Assembly (NCBI RefSeq): GCF_009914755.1 | Contig: NC_060938.1 | DNA from: the human T2T-CHM13v2.0 reference genome, Homo sapiens | Reading direction: 5' to 3' (one strand) | Length of the DNA stretch: 64,000 nucleotides | In this document: one piece after another, positions 49,510 to 64,000 of the stretch | Numbering within the stretch: position 1 is the first letter of the stretch | How the letters are laid out: every line of letters begins with the position of its first letter | The notes under the pieces: model-generated | Database searches by the model: none | The model's input: only the letters and a program-made list of their open reading frames with translations | Told to the model about the DNA's origin: nothing | Position numbers and translations under genes: made by a program

Positions 49510-49853
49510 TGTTATGGTTTGAACATGTCCTCCAAAACTCATGTTGAAATTTAATTGCAATTGTGACAGTATTAAGAGTTGGGATCCTTAAGAGGTTATG
49601 GCGAGGGTGGGCTAGTTATGGTGGGAGCAGGCTCCTCATAAAGGCATGAGTCCAGCACCCTTCCTTTCTCTGTCTCATGTGCTTTCTTGCCCTTCCACCT
49701 TCTGCCATGGGATGACACAGCAAGAAGGTCCTCAGCAGATTCAGGACTCTCAATCTTGACTTCCCAGCCTCCCTTTTAAGAAATGAATTTCTTTTCTTTA
49801 TACATTACTCAGTCTCAAGTATTGTTTGATAGCAACAAAAAATGGACTAAGCC
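49510..49853 (+). mobile_element. MST-family LTR nested in the Charlie element
   Basis: TGTTATGGTTTGAACATGTCCTCCAAAACTCATGTTGAAA...GGACTAAGCCA. Confidence 0.8.
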
Positions 49854-50122
49854 AGTGGGTAGGACTGCTGGTGACTGAGCAGAAATCAAGGCAGTGGCAC
49901 CAAACTGTACTAATGATCGCTGCATTCTTCACCACACTTGCAGGAAAAATATTCATTTCACTAAAAATGTTATTAGGAAAGCAGTAAAAATTATTAATCT
50001 TATTAAATCTCCACCTGAGTCCATGTCTTTTTACCATTCTGTGCAAAAAAGTGAGAAATACACAGAAAGCACTTCTAGCAAATTCTAAAGTACAATAGTT
50101 GTCTTAAGAGAAAGTACTTGTG

Positions 50123-50418
50123 AGCTGGGTGCGGTGGCTCATGCCTGAAACCCCAGCACTTTGGGAGGCTGAGTTGGGCAGATCGCTTGAGTCCAGGAGT
50201 TGGAGACTGGCCTGGGCAACATATAAAAAGATACAAAAAGTAGCCAAGCATGTTGGTGCATGACCGTTGTCCCAGCTACTCCAGAGGCTGAGGTGGGAGG
50301 ATTGCTCGAGCCTGGGAAGCAGAGGTTGCAATGATCCAAAATCCCATCACTGTATCCCAGCTTGGGTGACAGAGTGAGACCCAGTCTCAAAAAAAAGAAA
50401 GAAAGAAAGAAAAAGAAA
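50123..50418 (+). mobile_element. AluJ
   Basis: Dimeric Alu with (GAAA)n tail. Confidence 0.88.
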
Positions 50419-50947
50419 GAGTACGTGTACTTTTGTATGATGTATGATTGTTTGAGTTGCAAGCTAAATTAGTCACTTTTCTCATGGAACATCATTTTTA
50501 CTTGAAAGAATGCCTGCAGACAAACTATGGTTAATCAATCAGATTTGAATACTGGATAGACATTTTCTCAAAAATAAACAAATGAGACTGCCACTTCAAG
50601 AAAAACAACTGACAGTATTTATTGCCAATAATAAAATATGAGTTTTCTTTTTTTCTGTTTTTGTATCCAGCTGAAAAATTTGAGTTTTCAAGTGAAAATT
50701 AGAATTTGGGAAAACTTGTGTCTACCATGTTGAGCCTGACAGCTTCCTGGTACTGACAGACTTTTCTGATGAGATTGGTGGTAATATTAGCCATATGATT
50801 ATTCTGTGTTGAGAATAAAATGTATCAACTTTTGGAAAACTGGCATATTCAGTAAATCAATACTTCCCAAATGCCTAATGTAAAAAGTTACAAAATCATG
50901 CATAGGTAAAAGATCCACTTAAAGTAGATTTTATTTTTATTTTTTAT

Positions 50948-51795
<848 letters not shown>

Positions 51796-51920
51796 TGAAT
51801 GTAGAACAAATGTGAGAATGTAGAACAAATGTGAGAAGCTATCTCCTATTAAAGAAATTTGCAAAAATGTAAAGGAATATTCTTCTTGGTAAATATTTTT
51901 GTTTGGGAAAATAGAAATAA

Positions 51921-52230
<310 letters not shown>

Positions 52231-52256
52231 AAATAACACCTTAAAAATTAAAAATA

Positions 52257-52707
52257 GGCCAGGTGTGGTGGCTCATGCCTGTAATCCTAGCACTTTGGGA
52301 GGCTGATGTGGGAGGATTGCTTGAGGCCAGGCGTTTAAAACCAGCCTGGACAGCATAGTGAAACCCCATCTCTACAAAAAGAAAAGAAACAAATTAAAAA
52401 TAACTATGTTGTTGGGCGTGGTGGCTCACACCTGTAATCCTAGCACTTTGGGAGGCTGAGGCGGGTGGATCACTTGAGCTCAGGAGTTCAATACCTGCCT
52501 TGGCAACATGGTGAAACCCTGTCTCTATGAAAAATACAAAAATTAGCCAGGTGTGATGGTGTGTGCCTGTAGTCCCAGCTACTTGGGAGGCTGAGGTGGG
52601 AGGATCACATTAGCCCGGGAAGCAGAGGTTACAGTGAGCCGAAATCATGCCTCTGCACTCCAACCTGATCCTACAGAGTAGACCCTGTCTCAAACAAACA
52701 AACAAAC
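52257..52707 (+). mobile_element. FLAM monomer plus AluJ
   Basis: 52257-52390 and 52412-52707. Confidence 0.88.
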
Positions 52708-53339
52708 AGTTATGTCAACATGTAATGGGTTTCCTATTGTGATTTTTAAACAAATAAATAAATATGTTTTAATTTCTCAGTTATGTTTCTAATATAGTAA
52801 ATATATGGATAATACATGGATATAACCGGCATAAACAAAAACTCTTTGTGGTCCTTAATTGTTCAGAGAATAAAGGGGTCCTAAGAGGTGGAAGTTTAAG
52901 AACTGTTTCCTGGGGGGTAAACGTTATTAACCAAAATCTGTGGATTAGAAAACTGAGGTTTAGAGAGGTTTAATGCTTGTGCAGGTCACATAGCCAGTGG
53001 GTAGGGAAGTCACAATCCAAGCCTTGCTCACTCTACCACAGGAGGCCACCTTGCAACAGGTCAGCAAGCAAGGGAAAGCCCTCCTGAAGCACAGAGAGAT
53101 CTAAGTAGGAGATGCTGGAGGCCCTGAAGAGGCAAAGAGCACATCTGGGGTGGGGTGGGGGATCTGCACAGGGAAAGGAACCAGGGAAAGCCTCTCAGAA
53201 CAGGTGACACCCACGCTGGGATTGGAAAGACAAGTAGGATTTTGACGGTTCAGAAATCATGAGAGACTCCACAAATCAGTATGCTTTATCTCAACCACAT
53301 CCAGACCTGGGACCAATGAGGACACTCTGATTGACTCTG

Positions 53340-53842
53340 TTTTGTTTTGTTTTGAGACAGAGTTTCGCTCTTGTCACCCAGGATGGAGTGCAGTGGTGTG
53401 ATCTCGGCTCACCGCAACCTCCGCTTTCTGCGTTCAAATTATTCTCCTGCCTCAGTCTCCCAAGTAGCTGGAATTACAGGCATGCACCACCATGCCCGGC
53501 TAATTTTTTGTATTTTTACAAAAAACCCTTCAAAAAACAAAAATTGATCATTTCAGTTTATTCTGGTGTGGGGGACTGATGACTTATGATACAGGGATGG
53601 GGAGATAATTATCTTTACTGTGTATCCTTTTGTACCTTTTGGATTTTATATGTGCACACGGATTAACTATTTACACAAGCATATTAAAGGATGTTTATAA
53701 ATGAGGTCAAAACCCTGTCTCAAGTAGAGACAGGGTTTCACCATGTTGGCCAGGCTGGTCTCAAACTCCTGACCTCATGTCATCTGCCCGCCTCGGCCTC
53801 CCAAAGTGCTGGAATTACAGGTGCAAGGCACTGCGCCCGGCC
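53340..53842 (-). mobile_element. AluS with ~205-bp non-Alu insertion in its linker
   Basis: Right arm 53340-53518, left arm 53724-53842. TSD CAC(T/C)CTGA(T/A)TGACTCT. Confidence 0.9.
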
Positions 53843-54055
53843 CACCCTGAATGACTCTAGTAACATAAAAGTGTGACGTGCTCCAGCCAGTCTGAAAGTT
53901 CCAGGCTCCTGTCCCTTGCTTGCGTAGGCTATCCTTCCATTAGTATGGGCTCTACAATTCACTAATTTAATTTGAACTTTATAAAAGCCTTGGATGGGAG
54001 GCTGAGCGAGTGTCATTGTTCTTATTCTACAGAAGAGAAATTTTGGAGGGAAAGT

Positions 54056-54379
54056 TGTTTTTTGTTTGTTTGTTTGTTTTTTGTTTTTGTTTTTTTAATA
54101 TACAAAGAGCTAGCATGGTTTCTTTCACTGGGTGGATGTTTTGGATAATCTATTCAAGCCAGATCACATAGCCTGGCTTAATGAAACCTATATCCTTTGC
54201 AGACTGACAGAAACACTGGCAGCACACATTGAGGCTGTATTTCCAAATCAGGCCAGTCCAGTTTGAGCCAACACAAGAGTGAGAACTCTGACCCAATTTT
54301 CGAGGCTGGCCCCAGTAGAGCTGCTGGCGTCCCATCTTGAGGTGCACTTTCAGGAGTGCAACGAGGCAAAAGGAAAGAG
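54056..54379 (-). pseudogene. RPS29P1: Processed pseudogene of ribosomal protein S29 (probably RPS29P1)
   Basis: 54335-54150 reads [55 protein letters not shown]..., versus RPS29 [56 protein letters not shown]. Intronless, with 5' TOP CTCTTTCCTTTT, an RPS29-like 3' UTR and a decayed poly(A) at 54056-54096. The P-number is from memory. Confidence 0.93.
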
Positions 54380-54434
54380 CTCTGGAAGATAAAATGGAGA
54401 CTCCAAAAGGTTAAGTAAGAAACTGATCATTGCA

Positions 54435-54836
<402 letters not shown>

Positions 54837-55596
54837 TTATATGTGCGCAGGGATTAACTGTTTACACAAACATATTAAATGATGTTTGTAAATGAGGTCA
54901 AGGTATTTTCCCATGTGGTAGAATTGGGGTTCCAGCTCCAATCCTTGGGTTCCAGAACCACATCCTAACTGTAATGCTTTCCAGCCTCCTAGAATATGCC
55001 ATTTTCCAGTTTTAAAAGCTGTGAAGCCTAGATGTCAATGTAAAACATTTTTATGATTATTAATAATGCCACTAGATAGAGGGCCTTTCAAGAGGCCATG
55101 ATTTGGGCCTGTTAGGAGCTGCTTTTATCTAATTAATGGTGGTACATCAGGCCAGATCAAAGCAGAGGGGACAGCATCACAGGACACTGGAGAGGACAGC
55201 TCCTTTCTACCCCAGCTCCTTTTCAGCCTGGGGTGAGGTGAGGGATCTGCACAGGGAAAGGAACCAAGGAGAACCTCTCAGAACAGGTGACACCCACGCT
55301 GGGATTGGAGAGACAGGTATGATTTTGACTTTTCAGAAATCATGAGAGACTCCACAAATCAGTATGCTTTATCTCAACCACATCCAGACCTCGGACAAAT
55401 GAGGACACCCTGATTGACTCTGGTTACTTAAAGGTGTGACGTGCTTGATTCAGGCAAATGTAGCCAGCCCACAGAGACAGCAGGTGAGAAATGATTGACA
55501 GCTGAAACCTATGGATGGGGAGTTTTACCAGCTGAATTGCCAGGTCCTAAATCCAAATTCCCTTCTGTCTTATTAACTACTACCTAGGCCCGACTG

Positions 55597-55957
<361 letters not shown>

Positions 55958-56471
55958 TAGGCATCTTCTGGGCAGTGCACTTGCTCTTGCACTGGATGTG
56001 CATCTATGGCTGGGATGATTGCAACAGCCCCCCAGCTGGTCTCCCTATGCCAGACCTTTGCGCACCCTCCTTCTTTACTCTCCACATAACGGCCAGGGGA
56101 TTCTGCTAAAATGTCAGACAGAGCCTGTCATTCCTTTATACAAAGTGCTCCAGTGGCCCCAGCTCACTCAGAGCAAAACCCCAAGTCCTTCCCACAGCCT
56201 GTAAGACCCTGAACAATCCAGGTCTTGACTCCTCTTATCTCATCTCCCACCACTCTTTTTTCCTTCAACTACAGCCCTGTGGGCCTCTTTCTTCCTTGAA
56301 CAACATCAGTTGCACCCTTGCTTCAAGACCTTTGCATTTACTGTTCTCTCCAGCTGGAACCCTCTTATCCAGAGACCTGTGTGCTTCGCTCCCTCACCTC
56401 CCTCCATCTTGACTCAAGGATCGCCTTCTCACTGAGGCCTTCTATTCATATACTATTTGAAAATTGAACCC

Positions 56472-56843
56472 TGTTTTAGTCTGTTCAGGCTGCTACAACA
56501 AAATACCATAGACTGCTTGGCTTATTCACAACAGACACCTGTTTCTCACCATTCTAGGGACTGGGAAGCCCAGGATTAAGGTGCTGGCAGATTTGGTGTC
56601 TGGGGAGGGTCCACTTCCTGGTTCCTAGGTGGCCATCTCCTTACTATGACTATGTCCTCACATGGTAGGAGGAGCAAGAAAGCTCTCTGGGACCTCTTTT
56701 TTGAGGATGCTAATCCTGTTCATGATGCTCTGTTCTCATGACCTAATCACCTCTTGAAGTATCCACCTCCTAATATTATCACCTTGGGGGGTAGGATTTC
56801 AACAGAGGAATTTTAGGGGAACGCAGGCATTCAGTATACAGCA
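56472..56843 (-). mobile_element. MLT1A/MST-like LTR
   Basis: TGTTTTAGTCTGTTCAGGCTGCTACAACAAAATACCATAGACTG...ATTCAGTATACAGCA. Confidence 0.8.
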
Positions 56844-56884
56844 TTCCCCAACATTCTCAGTCTCCTTATTTGCTTTATTTTTAA

Positions 56885-57207
<323 letters not shown>

Positions 57208-58864
57208 TGCTTTATTTTTTTTTTTAACCTAGCAATTAACACCATGTAATATACCATACATTTCACTTATGTCTCATGTACTCTTTGCCTTCCTCTACTA
57301 GCATATAAACTCTATGAAGTTGGAAACTTTTGTCTGTTTAGTTCTTTGTTGGGCCCTAGCTACCTAGAACAGTGGCTAGTACATAGTGTATGATCAATAA
57401 GTATGTGTTGAATTAATGCACCAACTCATTCATCTTTATGACAACCTGGAAAGATAGGTCCCATCACTTCCAACAACCCATGGTTAAGTTTGTGTCGTTG
57501 TTGAATTTGGCCAAACAATTTGATTTACCAATTTCACCCCTTCCTTACTGATCACCTCAAGAAGGGGTGAAAATATGTTTCAAATGCAAATATGTTACTT
57601 GGACATGTCATCATCAACATATCATCAGTCATCTGTACCTTGGCAAGTATTCACTTATGAAATGTAATCCTCCTATTGGAACTTCTTTATACTTCTCCCA
57701 TATGGATGAGCTAACAGCTGTGGGAAGCCACAAAAAATGAGCAAGATGTGGGCCCTGCCTGCGAGCATCTTACAGTCTTTGCAAATTAGACAAGTCCAGC
57801 TTGCCCCCAGCTGGGATACATACCTAGTCTCTCTGAGCCCAAAGCCTATGCACTTTACTAGTACCCTGCTGTCTCCATGATAGTGTGCAGAATGGGATAT
57901 TGCCAAAGATCAAGGATGGTAGCACAGCTCCTGAAGTATTTTGATCTTGTGTCTCAGAAGATAAGAACACCCATCTTGAATTTTCTTCTTCCCTGGGTTT
58001 GGGCTGGTTAGTCCCTCCAGATATGTTCATTTTTTCCCCCAAAAAACATTCCCAGAGTTTCGTTTCTATTAATTTTTAGAGTTAATGAAGGTGTGTTTTA
58101 TTGTATTATATCTCTTATGTTGTATGCAGTTAACATATGTGGAAAAATAGAATAAATGCACATCTACCTGGCAAAAATAGTAAGTGAGGTAGGTATAGAA
58201 CATTCTTAAATACAATAAGGTTGGGTATTCTCCCTGTGGTAAAATTAATAGGAAGTTTTGCTTCTGTCTATGAAGGATCAACAGTTATGGGAATTGCCCT
58301 TCAACCATAAATTGGACAAAATATATGAAATGCCTATTTCCAGACATTGGATAACAGGCAGCCTGTGATCCCTGGGAGCAGGGGAGCAGAGGAGGTGAGC
58401 TGTGTGATTGCCTCTGCCTGCTTCCTAGAGGCAGTTTCCAGACTGCCTCACCGATGGGGGAGTCTGGGGAAAGCTTAGTCTTACTGAGTTAAGGAGAGCT
58501 TCAGGCAGCTAAAATTGCAGGGCAGTGTTCAAGAGACAGGGAGCTACACAGAGGAAGAGTCCCATAGACCCACACAGGGTCCCCTAGAGCCTTTGAGTGA
58601 ACAACAATCTGCACACACTTAGGACAAAACCCATGAAGTGGAGCAAAAGCAATTTCTGGGGGAAAAAAAAAGTATTACTGGGTAGCTGTAAACAGAACAA
58701 TTCCTAGAGCCTATACAAAGCCTGGAATGGGTAAACATCCCTCTAACCAGAGTGGAGAAGCTGTGTCAAACACACAGGCATTCAATGGGGACTCCAGAAG
58801 AGCTGTGTCTTTGAAGTGGAGCTAAATTAGCCCTGGGATAAAGGTTACTCTAGTCCATCTCTAA

Positions 58865-60948
<2,084 letters not shown>

Positions 60949-61419
60949 ACATATATACCTAGAAGCAAGCAAGAGTGACCCATAATGAGGAGAAGCCATA
61001 AAAACATATCCAGAAATGACAGAAATGATGGAATTGGCAGGCAAAGACATTCAAATAGCTTTTATAAATATGCTCAATATGCTCAAGAACATAAAGGAAA
61101 ACGTGAACTCCATGAAGTGAGGAATGAAAAGTGCATATTTCAAAAGACACAAATCAGGCTTCAAGAGATAAAAATACAATATTAAAAAAAATACATTCGA
61201 TGGGATTAACAGCCATTTAGACTCTGTAGAAAAGATTGCAACAATAAACTATCCAAAATGAAGTACAGCAAGAAAAAAAAAGACTAAAAATTGATGGAAG
61301 CTCAGTGACCTATGGGGTCATATCCAGAGGTCTAGCACACATATAATTGGAGCCCCAGACGGAGGAGAGGGAGACAGAAAAATATCTGAAAAACCAAAAA
61401 CTAGTGACAATAAAACAAT

Positions 61420-62035
61420 CTTTTTTATTTTTATTTTTTAGTGACAGGGTCTCACTCCGTTACCCAGGCTGGAGTGCAGTGGTGCAATCATAGCTTACGG
61501 TAGCCTTGAACTCCTGGGCTCCAGTGATCCTCCCACCTCAGTCTCCTGAGTGGCTAAAACTACAGGTGCACACCACCATGTCTAGCTAATTAAAATTTTT
61601 ATTTTGTAGACACAGGGTTTCGCTCTGTTGCCCAGGCTGTTCTCAAACTACTGGCCTCAAATTATCCTCCCACCGTGGCCCCCAAAGCACTGGGATTACA
61701 GACATGAGCCACCACTCCTGGTTAAAAAGAAAATCTTAAAAGTCACTGTGAGGGCTGGGTGCGGTAGCACACACCTGTAATCCCAGCACTTTGGGAGGCT
61801 GAGGCGGGTGGATCACCTGAGGTCAGGAGTTCAAGACCAGCCTGACTAACATGGTGAAACCCCGTCTCTACTAAATACAAAAAATTAGCCAGGCTTGGTG
61901 GCAAATGCTTGTAATCCCAGCAGCAGAAGTATCACTTGAACTCGGGAGGTGGAGGTTAAAGTGAGCCGAGATCATGCCACTGCACTCCAGCCTGTGCAAC
62001 AAGAGCAAAACTCCATCTCAAAAAAAAAAAAAAAA
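61420..62035. mobile_element. Head-to-head Alus: 61420-61723 (-) and 61753-62035 (+)
   Basis: Alu consensus matches. Confidence 0.88.
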
Positions 62036-62098
62036 GTCACTGTTAGTAGGTAGCCAGAGATTTTTTTTTTTAAAGAAAAAATATATGAATTAGAGCAG

Positions 62099-62462
62099 TG
62101 TATTAGTCTGTTCTCATGCTGCTATGAAGAAACACCTGAGACTGGGTAATTTATAAAGAAAAGGAGTTTAGTTGACTCACAGTTTCATATGGCTGGGGAG
62201 GCCTCAGGAAACTTACAATCATGGCGGAAGTCATCTCTTCACAGAGCAGCAGGAGAGAGAATGAGTGTAAGCTGGGGAAAGACCAGACGCTTATGAAGCC
62301 ATCAGATCTTGTGAGAACTCACTCACTATCACGAGAGCAGTGTGGGGGAGACCACCCCCATGATTCAATCACTTCCCACCAGGTCCCTCCCATGACATGT
62401 GGGGATAATGGGAACTACAATTCAAGATGAGATTTGGGTGGGGACACAGCCAAACCATATCA
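62099..62462 (-). mobile_element. THE1-family MaLR solo LTR inserted in L1
   Basis: TGTATTAGTCTGTTCTC...GACACAGCCAAACCATATCA with 5-bp TSD AGCAG. Confidence 0.92.
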
Positions 62463-63109
62463 AGCAGATTTCTTATGCAAATTAGGCAAGCCAGAAGACA
62501 ATGGAATGATATTTTTCAGATTGCTGAAGGAAAAACAATGACAACTCAAAAGTCTATGCTCATTGAAAACACCTTTTAAAATTGAAGGTGAATTAAAGAA
62601 TTTTTGGACAAACAAAAACTGAGGAATTCGTTGCCAGCAAACCTGCACGGTAAAAACTGTTAAAGGAAATTCTTCAGGCAGAAGGAAGATGATACTAGAT
62701 GGATATTTGGATTTACACAAAGGAATAAAAAGCATATAAAATGTTTAGAATACGGGTAAATACAACCTACATTTTTCTTTTTTTCTATCTATTTAAAAGA
62801 AAATTGATAATTAAAAGAAAAAATAATAGCAGTATATCATGGGTGTTATGTCCTTTGTAGACTGGGAATCAGGAGAAAATGGAAGTATACTATCTTATAG
62901 TTCGTATATTATATATGAAGTGATAGAGAATTACTTGAAGGTAGATGGTGGTAAATCAAAGATGTATACTCTAAAATCTAGAGCAACTATTTAAAAATTA
63001 TACATGCCAGAAAACAATGAAATAATATTTTTCAGAGTGCTGAGGGAAAAACAATGACAATCTAAAGAGTCTATGCTCAGTGAAAATATCTTTCAAAAAT
63101 GAAACTGAA

Positions 63110-63816
<707 letters not shown>

Positions 63817-64000
63817 TCATTGCTAATGGGAATGTAAAATAGTCCAACCACGTCGGAAAACAGTTTGGCAGTTTCTCAAATCTTAAACAGAATTACCATA
63901 TGACCTAGCTATTCCACTCCTGGGTATGTACCCAAGAGACTTGAAAACATATATTTACATGGAAACTTGTACATGAATGTTCATAGCAATATTATTTATA

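Noticed and set aside
49894-50088. Transposase-like ORF as a domesticated gene
   Set aside because: Short, frameshifted and interrupted by LTR and Alu insertions; a fossil Charlie element.
54040-54395. TSD for the RPS29 retrocopy (TTTGGAGGGAAA vs TCTGGAAGATAA)
   Set aside because: Too diverged to call with confidence.

Overview
Primate, almost certainly human, genomic DNA. It contains the first coding exon, CpG-island promoter and ~10 kb of intron 1 of ACTN1 (alpha-actinin-1, minus strand; CDS exon 10005-10109 = [35 protein letters not shown]). About 54 kb of repeat-rich upstream DNA follows: ~60 Alus, L1M/L2/MIR, MaLR/ERV LTRs, a fragmented hAT-Charlie transposon and a processed RPS29 pseudogene (minus, ~54.06-54.38 kb). 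Intron 1 holds two perfect CArG boxes, one next to a TEAD motif and one inside an inverted repeat. I found no new protein-coding system, and most ORF-track entries are Alu or GC-rich artefacts. The most unusual signal is structural: at least five short non-tandem local duplications (100-240 bp), several with fold-back junctions. They include a reciprocal templated-insertion cluster around the RPS29 pseudogene (53.1-55.4 kb) and a paralog 31 kb away that preserves the unexpanded seed of a minisatellite. Repeat subfamily names and most repeat boundaries were assigned by eye and are approximate.
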